In this document: in pieces, positions 1-9,930 of the stretch
How the letters are laid out: every line of letters starts with the position of its first letter
Position numbering within the stretch: position 1 is the stretch's first letter
Assembly: GCA_050613775.1 (NCBI GenBank)
Contig: JBODTK010000116.1
Location: 496,001 to 520,795, forward strand
Source: Neocallimastix sp. 'constans'
Taxonomy: Eukaryota
DNA length: 24,795 bases
Direction: 5' to 3'
The notes under the pieces: model-generated
Databases searched by the model: none
What the model was told of the DNA's origin: nothing
Seen by the model: the letters and a program-made list of their open reading frames with translations, nothing else
Translations under genes and position numbers: made by a program

Positions 1-138
1 AAAACGTTAATTCTAAATTAGAAATTTTCCTTTCTTTTATAAAATCTCAATCTAAATTATTTCATTTAAATTTATTAGGAGCAACAAAGATAAATATTTT
101 TATTATTAAAGGTCTTTTGTTGGTTTAAACTAATGAAA

Positions 139-282
139 ATAAATAAATAAATAAATAAATAACTAACTAACTAAATAAATAACTAAATAAATAACTAACT
201 AACTAACTAACTAAATAAATAAATAACTAATTAACTAACTAACTAACTAACTAAATAACTAAATAAATAAATAAATAAATAA
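139..282. repeat. Compound (TAAA)n/(TAAC)n tetranucleotide microsatellite
   Basis: Interleaved taaa and taac units are read directly from the sequence. Confidence 0.85.
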
Positions 283-1816
283 TTGTAATAATTAGTTTAT
301 TTATTTTTATAAAAACTTATTTAAATATTTTTTTTACTTTTAATAAAGATAAATAATGCCAATATTATTATAAATGAACTTTATTTTTTCTGGTGATGTG
401 ATTTAATAATTATTCTAGTTTTACCGTTTGGTGTTTGATGACTGCCACTTCACCAAATGGAATGGCTAGGAGATTCCAAGAAATTCGAATGGTTTTAAAA
501 ATTAAATCTTTTTTTTTTTAAAATTTTTTAATATTTTTCAATGTATAAATAAGAATTTATTAGTATAGTTGGATAATATATATTCAATAGATTCCAATCT
601 ACTTCTCTAATTATTTACTAATATATGATAGACTTCATACTTTTAATATATGAAATAACTGTTTCGACTTTTTTTTTTTATTACTCAAGAATATCCATAT
701 ATTATATATATTATTAATATATTAACATAATATAATATAATATATTATAATTAATTTAATGAGCATTTTAAATAAAAGATAATTGAAATTATAAAAAATT
801 TAAATTTTATGATAAAAATAATTTTTTTTTATAGTTAAATTTATTATTGATTTAATTTTGTAAAAGAATACAAAAGAAAAAAAAATAATTGGTTTATATG
901 ATAATTAATATGTTTATAATATATATAAAAATTCTTATTTATATATATTATAATATAGTTTATTGAATTAAAATTATCCTTTTTTATTATTATTATTATT
1001 ATCATTATTAATAATTTCAATAATTAAAACTTTATTAAGTAATCATTAAAGGTATGCTTCATCCATATAAATTTAATTTTTTTTATTAGTTAAAAATTAT
1101 ATTAAACAATATATTCAAATATATTAGTATATGTGAATAGGATAACTGCTAAATATATATATATATTTTTTTTAAATTTTTCCTTAAAATTTTTTTTTTC
1201 TATATTTGTATGAACTATTAATTATTAGTTATATTACTTTTATTATAATTATTATTAAATATTAATTAGTTTAATTGCCTTCAATGGATCCTAAAAAATA
1301 AAAATTACTTAGTGAAAACATTACTATAAATTAAAAATCATTGATGTCGTTTATATTAGGTGATCTATTATTTATTGAATTTAAATAGTCAGTATTTATT
1401 TTAAAGAAGATATTGTTATAATAAAGATGTAAAATAAACAAATAGTAGATAAATAATAGGTAATAAATAAATAATAAATAAAAATAAATAAATTAATAAA
1501 TAAAGAATTATGGTTATTGGCATAAAAAATAATAAAGAAAAAAAAACTTTATTATTAATTATATTAATAGGACAATTATAGATATTTATCAAATATTTAA
1601 TATTAATTACATAAATGTAAATATAAATAAAAAGGAAATAAATAAATATATATAATACATATATATATATATAAATATAATAAATGCTATAATAATTATT
1701 GCCATCTACCATTTTATTTGATAAAGTAAGAAATATAGATTTATATTCATGTATATATTTGTATTTACATTATTATAATAGAGTTTGTATATATTGTAAA
1801 TAGGATAATCCATTAA

Positions 1817-1867
<51 letters not shown>

Positions 1868-1870
1868 ATA
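1817..1870. repeat. (AATA)n microsatellite
   Basis: Perfect tetranucleotide run read directly. Confidence 0.9.
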
Positions 1871-2661
1871 GAAAAGAAGAGATAAATTATTGATGATTAA
1901 TTAATTAAAATAGTTTAATAAATAAAATGAATGTTTTAATAATAATTAAGATACGTCATAAAATATATATATATTTTTTTAAATTAACTTTTAATAAATT
2001 AAAAGTATTCCATTTATGGAAAAATACGACACCTATTAAAAAAAGCAATACTATTTCAACTGAATTCAATACATAGATTGACGGTATATTGTAATAAATG
2101 AGGCAATGTATTAAATTTTAAATTTCAACCATTAAAGTGTACAAATATTAATATATATTTCTATATATACTGGAATAATAATATTTTATAAAGTCAATAT
2201 AAACAAAATATAATTAGATATAAAGGAATAAAAAAATAACATAATAAAATTATTTATTTAAATAATTATTTGTTATAATTATAATAATAATAATAATACT
2301 ATAAAATAATAATAATAATAAAATTCAAATAATTGTTATTTTTAATATTATTTATATTTTAATAAATAAAATAAGTAAATAGTTATACGTTTTTAAAAAG
2401 GAAAAAGCCTTAAATAATTAAACATTATAATATAATCTATCATATATTAAATTTTAATTCAATTTAATATAAATTTTATTTATATCTTTATATTAAATTG
2501 TAATAAATTATATTGATTATTGATCATTCTAAATAATTATTATTTATAATTTAGAATTTACGAGATAATTTAATATTTCTTTCTTTCTTTCATTTATTTA
2601 TTTATTTATCAATTTATTTATTATAGATAATGAAATAAACAAAAAAAAAAAAAAAAAAAAC

Positions 2662-2669
2662 TATAAAAG
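2662..2669 (+). promoter_or_regulatory. Candidate TATA box of the CBM12-DM9 gene
   Basis: TATAAAAG directly after a poly(dA) tract and about 70 bp upstream of a putative 5'-UTR splice donor. Weak evidence in such AT-rich DNA. Confidence 0.35.
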
Positions 2670-2735
2670 AATCAAAATTTCGTGTTAAAATATTTTTTTC
2701 TTCATTCTAAGTTTTAATAAATTATTTTTTATAAG

Positions 2736-2938
2736 GTAATTTGAATAATAAAATTTATATTTTTAAAAAGTGGTTTATTCATTGAAAAGAAAATTAATAG
2801 TAGTTAATAGATTATTTTAAAAATCATTAATTAAAATAATATCACATAATAATAAATTTTTATTTGTTTACTGATAAAATAAAATAAAAAATTTATATTA
2901 ATTGTTTTTTTTTTTTTGTTTAAAATATTTTATTATAG
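2736..2938 (+). other. Putative 5'-UTR intron (203 nt) of the CBM12-DM9 gene
   Basis: Donor AAG|GTAATT at 2736, CTRAY-type branch motif (taCTGAT, 2871-2875), a poly-T tract, and acceptor TTATAG ending at 2938, 43 nt before the ATG. Confidence 0.5.
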
Positions 2939-2981
2939 ACTTATTTTTATATTTTAACTTTTTAAAAAGAAATTAATCAAC

Positions 2982-3794
2982 ATGGGAGAAAAGTGGAGAG
3001 CCAATGTCGCTTACGGTCCAGCCGGTACTAAGGTTGAATACGATGGTACTGTTTACGAATTAATTCAACCACACACTTCTCAAGTCGGTTGGGAACCAAC
3101 TAAAACCCCAGCTCTTTGGAGAGCTGCTCGTGATCAAAAGCACTCTAGCAGCCATCACCACCATCACTCTAGCGATTCTGACTCTAGTGATGATGATCAC
3201 AAGCATCATGATAGCCACAAACACAGCAGTGATCACAAGCATGATGATCACAAGCACGACGATCACAAGCACGAAAGCAGCAACAACAACCAACAACAAC
3301 CACAACAACAACAATTCCAACAACAACAAAATGTTGTTAACACTCAAGTTTCTGGTCCAGCCTACACTTGGACTAGATACAACGGTTCCGTTCCAAACAA
3401 CGCTATTGCCATCTCTAACAGTCTTGGTAAGACTTTCGTTGTTGGTCGTGGTAATGTTGAAAATGGTATTCACCCAGGTTACATTGACCCAGCCAGAAAC
3501 AAGTTATACACTTCTTTCGGTGGTAAGGAAGTCGTTTTAGATCAATTCGAAGTTTTAACTGCTGATCCAAACAGAGTTGAATGGATCCGTACTAGCAATT
3601 CCAACGATGTTACTAAGGAATTAGTTAACGGTGGTCACGAAAGTGATAACACTCCAACTTACGTCTGTAAGATTGATGTTAACGGTGTTCCATACTTCGG
3701 TAAGACTTACAAGGGTGCTAACACTGCTTACTACGGTTTAGATGACAAGGAACACAAGGTCAACAACTGGGAAATTCTTGCTGTTAAGAATTAA
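2982..3794 (+). CDS. CBM5/12 (ChiA1-type) chitin-binding domain + His/Asp-rich and Gln-rich linker + two DM9 (DUF3421) repeats; 270 aa, no signal peptide
   Basis: The N-terminus W..NVAY..GTKVEYDGTVYELIQPHTSQVGWEPTKTPALW matches the CBM12 pattern (Y.C/IQPHTS..GWEP..PALW). Two repeats have DM9 hallmarks: W....G.VPNNA..VGR..IHPG..Y.SFGGKE..FEVL and W..GGHESDNTPTYVCK..GK..YYG..KE..WEIL. Codon usage is strongly biased (AAC, AAG, GGT, CCA), as in highly expressed genes. Confidence 0.9.
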   Translation: MGEKWRANVAYGPAGTKVEYDGTVYELIQPHTSQVGWEPTKTPALWRAARDQKHSSSHHHHHSSDSDSSDDDHKHHDSHKHSSDHKHDDHKHDDHKHESSNNNQQQPQQQQFQQQQNVVNTQVSGPAYTWTRYNGSVPNNAIAISNSLGKTFVVGRGNVENGIHPGYIDPARNKLYTSFGGKEVVLDQFEVLTADPNRVEWIRTSNSNDVTKELVNGGHESDNTPTYVCKIDVNGVPYFGKTYKGANTAYYGLDDKEHKVNNWEILAVKN

Positions 3795-4496
3795 ATGAAT
3801 TAGTTCAGAAAAATTTACCCCCAAAAAAATAAAAAATAAGAAAAAATATTTTGTATGAAAAATTTTAAATATAAATGGAATTATACATTATATTTAATTT
3901 AGATTATGAAATTAATTTTTTCTTTTTTTTAGATTTTTCATTTTGATGGAAAATAATTTTTTTTTAAAATGTTAAATACATTTTTTTTTCACAAAAAAAC
4001 AAAATGAAACAAAAACAAGCATTTTTTGTAAATTATTAAAAATATTATTATCTAATTATATATTAAAATAACCAAATAAATTTTAATTAGAAACAATATG
4101 TTGGCGAAATAATTAAGCATAAAACAAACAAAATATTTATAATTTAGAAAAAATGAAGGATATATAACCTTTTTTTTCTATTATTGTAAAATAATTATCC
4201 TTCCATATTGTATAAAAAAATATTTGCATTTATAAAATAAAAAAATAATTAAACAAAAAAAAAAAATTTTTTTTTCTTTTTATTATTTAATAATGAAGCG
4301 TACTTAGTAATGTGTTTAGAAATTATTTATATTATTATTTTTATTAATTGGTCTAATTATTATTGAAGTACTTGTATATTTTTAAATTAAAAATATATTA
4401 TATATATATCTGGTTTTGTATTACATGTGTATTTTTTAATTTAATTTTAATTTCTTAAAATTTCAATATGTATAAATAATATTTATTTATTTTATT

Positions 4497-4567
4497 CTGA
4501 GGAATTCTTAACTAGCGTAATACACCTACCTTAAGTAGTTCGTTTGAGCTATTATTTAATAGGTATT
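4497..4567 (+). mobile_element. Short relic of the C-terminal coding region of the LINE family at 10324-14466
   Basis: 4532-4567 matches 14228-14263 at 35 of 36 nt, and the upstream ggaattcttaac also matches. Confidence 0.7.
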
Positions 4568-4635
4568 CCACTGTATGGTTTCTGAGGGGGTTCAGCAATT
4601 AGTATTATAATAAAATTTAAATTACTTTTCAATTT

Positions 4636-4992
4636 TTACGAAGCGGATATAGATTAGATGCTAGAATTGCTAAAGCTGCAAAAATAGTGGACCAAATGTG
4701 TCCTAATTTTTGTCCCTGTTGTAAAAGTAATAAACAATGGATAAGTCATTGGTTAATTGATTGTCCCTTTTTCAATCATACTCGTAGTAAAGTTAATGAT
4801 AAAATTTTATTTTTATATAATGCTTTTTACCGTGGCAACCTAACAAATGATATTGTTAATAGTAATAATGATAATAGTAATAGTAATAATAGTAATAGTT
4901 ATAATAGTAATAATAATATTAGTAATAGTATTTTTAGTAATGTTAGTAATAGTATTGAAAATAATGTGTATATTGATTCTAGTGTGTGTGAA
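4636..4992 (+). mobile_element. Internal LINE fragment (family C): zinc knuckle + Asn/Ser-rich linker, truncated at 4992
   Basis: Translates as LRSGYRLDARIAKAAKIVDQMCPNFCPCC..HWLIDC, which aligns with LRCGYKYNTTIAIRMGRVSEDCPKYCPCC..HWIFKC of element B. 4914-4992 is identical to 14685-14763. Confidence 0.85.
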
Positions 4993-5539
4993 CCCCAATG
5001 AAGTGGACTGTTTTTCCAGGTCCATGGAGGGTTGATGGAAAAGGAATAACCTATATCAGGTGTACTAATTACAGCTTTCTGTGATTCTGATGATAATCAA
5101 TGGTTATCCTTTCTAAAGTGGCTTCTAGTACGAAGAGAGAAATCTGGAATACTGGAAGACTGTAGAAAGTGAACTTGACGTTCTATAATGTCTTAAACTG
5201 GATATGTAGTAACATTGGAGTTGTACAATTAATAATATCATGTAGTTTCTACATATTATCATTGTAATGAATCTATTGTATTTTTTACTTTAGCATTATT
5301 TTGTATATGTTTTTTTCTATAGTATTATTTATACTCTCATGTAGCTATTGTAAAATGGAAATGTAGGAGATTGATTCACTCCAAAGCTTGTGTTTGAGAC
5401 ATTATTTAACGGATGGGAATCTTTTTATAGTTTTTCACAACTATTATTTCATTAACATTTAAATTTTATATTATATATGATTATTTTACAGAAATTTTTA
5501 CATAAAACAGGAATTTATAATTGAAAATCATTAATTAAA

Positions 5540-8500
5540 ACTAGTCAACACAAAAAGAAAGAAAAACAAACAAGTTTTAGCAAACAATATACACGAAAGA
5601 GAAGACAACAGCAATAAATTTTTATTTTTTTTTAATTTTTTAATTTTTACTAATTTTATTTTTTTATTTTTTTATTACACTTACTTTTTATTAATATAGA
5701 TAAGTTTTTTATTTTATTATGTCAACTATACGAAGAGGTCTGCGACTTTATGGTCCTGACCATGATAAATTTGTTTTAATTTTCATTCATGATCTTGAAT
5801 CTTGGACTGAAAGTAGACTATGGGAATTTTTAAGCAAAAAGATATCAAATTGTAATGAAGTTGTTCATGGAATCGTTAAAAAACACTATATTAATATGGA
5901 AAACTACTTCATCCTAAGAGTTAACTATAATAATTGTACGGATTATTTGAAGGTTATTTATTTGATTACTAAGCACTTACCTGTTAAAAGAATTAAATGG
6001 AAGATTACTTCAAGGATACGCACATTTAGTAATGCTAATCATAATAGAACCAGGTATTATTCTGAACCCTCAATCCCCATCTCTGAAAGCCTCCTGTATG
6101 CTAACCCTTTCTCGAATACTAAATATTTCAACCTCTGTATTAGCTGGAACATAAATGGTTGGAATTCTGAAAAACGTGACGGACTTACCAATTTTAATTC
6201 AATCTTTAATCCTATTTGTATTTGTCTTCAAGAAGTCGGTAATAGTTCATTCCTTAACTCCTTTTCTAACTCATATCCATTCCTTAATCATTATAGAACA
6301 GTACTGAGACGTGCGGACAAAAAAATCCCTGGTATGAGGGGCCTTTATATAGGTGTGCACTCCTCCTGCAATTCACTAATGATGATTTTGAATATAGATA
6401 TATACTCTCAGTAAATATATTCTCTTTTTGGGGTGTCAGATGTTCTTTAGGGAACATTTACATCCCTAGCAAAAAACACAAAGACTCTAGAGAAAAAGCG
6501 GAAACTGATTTTGCTAATTGGCTCAAGAACCATCAGAATAACCCTTCGGCTATTGTTGGTGATTTCAACATGACTAAGCAACAACTCAAAGATCTTATTC
6601 TTAGAATTTCCCCTCAATGGTTTGTTATGGATATGGTTGGTCATCAATTTACTTGGTCTAATGGTGGAAAGAATTCTTGTATTGATTTTATAGTAGTGAA
6701 CGATAAATTAAGAAATTATCTGAATATTGCTTCTGTATGCTACTCTTTTAATGACATCTCTGACCATTTACCACTTATTCTTTCTTGTAAAAAAATATCT
6801 CCTGATGGTTTTGTTACTCCCCCTCGGGATAAACAAATTAAGTGGTCTAATCGAATTTGTAGGGATAAACGTGAAGCAATCTTCTCTCATAATAAATTCA
6901 CATGTTTACTGGATGAATTTGAACATAATGATAATCTAGACTCTAATACAATGGTTAAAAAACTTCTTGACACAGCAAATAAAATAGGCGATGACATTCA
7001 AGCAAGAGTTCCTACAAATTTACAGGGTTCAGCGTTCCATTGTCCTGCTTATATTAAGAAATTATCACATGAAAAACATTTATTTTATAAAAGGATTAAA
7101 AATTTTAAACTTCGTAATGATTTGTCAAATCTTCAAGAATTTTGTGATCTCTCAAAAGAATATAGAGTTCTCTCTGATTATATCATTAGTATTAAAAGAA
7201 ATATTAGAAATATTAGATTTAAAAATTTGATTCATTCCATCGGCGAATGTTTCTTAAAAAATGATGCCCAGCGTGGTTGGTCTGGACTTAAGAAAATTTC
7301 TAAACCTTCTTACTCTCCTTCCCAATCACCTGTATACATTAAAGATAAAGAAGGTAATGTTCTAGTATCCCAAGAAGATCAACTCAATCGTTTTGCAGAA
7401 CACTATGAAGAACTTGCTTCTGATATAACTGGTCACAGTCTTAATGAAAATTATTGGAAAAGAATACTTAATAATTCTTCTACTCCTCAGGAATCATGGG
7501 ATATTAATCAACCTATTTCCATGTCAGAAATTCATTCAACTGTTCTTTCAATGAAAAATAACAAAGCACCTGGTCCTGATGGTATACCTACAGAATTTTT
7601 TAAAGCATTTTTTAATTCTGAGAGTAGAAATTCTTCTCAGGATGACTCTAATCAAGAGGTTACTTATTCCGATTGTGCAAAGTGTCTGTTATTACTTTTT
7701 AATAAAATTTGGGATGGTGACTTTCCTAATGAATGGAACTCTGCTTCTATTGTTTCTATTCCTAAAAAAGGGGATCTTTCAGATTGTAATAATTATCGTG
7801 GTATTTCACTCATCAATGTAGGTTTAAAAATTCTATCAAAAATTGTCACTAAAAGAATATCGGACTATGCTTTTTCTAATGGAATAATTAGACCAGAACA
7901 GTTTGGTTTTAGAAATAAAGAAGAATGTATTAGTTTATTTGTATCCATTCGTGAAATTTGTCAAAGAAGAAAATTTAAGGATAAATTTACCTTTCTTGCC
8001 TTTCTTGACCTTAAAAAAGCTTATGATTCAGTTCCAATTTACAATATACTTACTAAACTAGATAATCTTGGTATTCGTGGTAAATGCCTTCAATTCATTA
8101 CTAATCTATACCTTACCTCGAAAGCTCGTGCAATCTTTAATGGTAAACTTTCAAAAGAATTTCCAATACACCGTGGTGTTCGCCAAGGGTGTCCTCTCTC
8201 ACCTATCTTATTCAATATATTTATCAATGATATTTTTGATAAATGTAAAAGATATGGTGTGATTACTGAAAAGAAAAAGTGTTGTGGTGGATTATTTGCT
8301 GATGATATTGTATTATTAGCTCCTACAAAATCTTCACTTAAAAACCTTTTGAATATTGCTCATGATTGGGGTATTAAAAATGAAATGACCTTTGGAATCA
8401 ATAAATGCGCTACACTAGTTGTTAAACCAAAGAATTTTATTCCTTCAAGACATTATGAAAATCCTACATTTAGACTTGGTATGAACTATATACCAAGCAC

Positions 8501-9891
8501 TAATCAATATACATATCTTGGTATACCTTTTAATGAATCGTTGGATTTAAAACCTATTATTGCTAAGATGAACAGTAAAATTAATTATACAGTTAACTCT
8601 TTCTTTAGATTTTTAACCAATAGGAATGTTCCTTTCTACTTTAAAACTCGTATACTAGTTTCTTTTGTCCTTAGTTCAGTTCTTTATTATGCTCCCTTAC
8701 TTGGTTCAAATAAAAAGAATACTGAAAAAGCTCAAACTGCTTTTAATCGAGGTTTGTATTGGAGTTTCGGGTTTAAAAATAAAACCTCCAATACTTCAAT
8801 TTACAATATGTCTAAGGAACTTTCTATACCTCCTATAGCTAGTTTTTGTGCTAAGGCGATGATTCGATGCTTTAAAAAGTGGAAAGATTCTTCTTGTATT
8901 ATTTCTCATTTAGTCAAAAATATACCTACACTTTCTCACTATTCATGGACGAAAAAAGCACGGAGTTTAGCAGTACACAAGCACAGTAATAAACTTCCTG
9001 GAGAAATAAGGAAGTTTTACTGGGAAAATATTCATTATTCAAGCACTCCTGCGATCAGATCTACAAAATACAAGAAATTTAAATTTGGTTTTAAAAAATT
9101 TATTCATCGTCTATCACTTAAATATTCACAATTTTCTCTTGGATTTTTTTGGATTGGACGAATTAAATGTGGATTCAAATTTGATGTAAAAACGTATGTT
9201 AAAAGTAATCTAGTATCAGAAAATTGCCCAACATACTGCCCTTGTTGTGGTGAGAGTAACAGCATACCTAGTTTTACACACTGGATACTTTTATGTCCTA
9301 AATTTGAAGAATTTAGGCAACATTTCATTCCCTTTGTTGATGAAATTTTTATTAATTTTTCTCTAATTGTTCATGAGAAATCATTGAACATTCCTGATGA
9401 TAAAGAGGAAGATTTTGATGATAATATCAATTTTTACGTGCTGTGTATCCTTCTTGGCGGAAATGCAGTATTTGAAATCTTAAAGATCGGCTCGGGGGAA
9501 AGAAGGCGACTTATTAATAATATTTTTCAATCACCTTCGAACGAGTCTTCTTTCCCGATTTCATTTTTTGTGGGGCTTGCGGAATTCCTTACTAACGTTA
9601 TGCCTATTGTGATTGGTGATTTTTACACCATGATCGATTTGTATAGTGTTAGACCTACCGTTGTCAAGAGTGTCGACGTCGTAACGATAAGGCAAAGAAG
9701 AAATTCTGATACAGATTCGAATGATAATTTTCATCCACATGGGGTTATCTTCGATGAATGGGAAGAGTTAGAGGCCTTTTCGTCCTCGAAGCTCATAACG
9801 TAGTTTTTTAATATTAATATAAAAAAATTTCATGTATTTAAATTTCATGTATTTTTTAAAAAAAATATTATTAAATAAAGTTTATTCCTAG

Positions 9892-9925
<34 letters not shown>
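5540..9925 (+). mobile_element. Near full-length non-LTR retrotransposon (LINE A), APE-RT type, RTE/RTEX-like RT motifs; 5' boundary approximate
   Basis: Long ORF with APE, RT and zinc knuckle, short AT-rich 3' UTR with AATAAA (9874-9879), and a 31-nt poly(A) at 9895-9925. No TSD recognised. Confidence 0.92.
5719..9803 (+). pseudogene. LINE A single ORF (about 1361 aa if repaired): RRM-like N-terminus, APE endonuclease, reverse transcriptase, CxxxCPCC..H..C knuckle; one 1-bp deletion at about 6370
   Basis: APE motifs SWNING, ICLQE, GDFN, IDFI, SDH. RT motifs NYRGISL, EQFGFR, FLDLKKAYDSV, GVRQGCPLSPILF, FADD (8295-8306), YLG. Knuckle at 9225-9296. ORFs 5719-6414 and 6570-9803 join as SSC-[aa]-FTNDDFEYRYILSVNIFSFWGVRCSLGNIYIP, colinear with element B (SSCSFFQEPFLYKYIISVNITSFWNQKCTIGNIYFP). 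Confidence 0.9.

Positions 9926-9930
<5 letters not shown>

Noticed and set aside
1416..1712. 98-aa minus-strand ORF rich in I/Y/F/L
   Set aside because: Translation of AT-rich low-complexity DNA with no motifs; the hydrophobicity is a compositional artefact.
3060..3540. Overlapping ORFs 3060-3473 (-) and 3130-3540 (+)
   Set aside because: Shadow frames of the codon-biased, repeat-containing CBM12-DM9 gene.
5719..6414. A separate ORF1, or a programmed -1 frameshift, in LINE A
   Set aside because: The break falls inside the APE domain, element B is continuous across it, and there is no slippery heptamer. A 1-bp deletion explains it.
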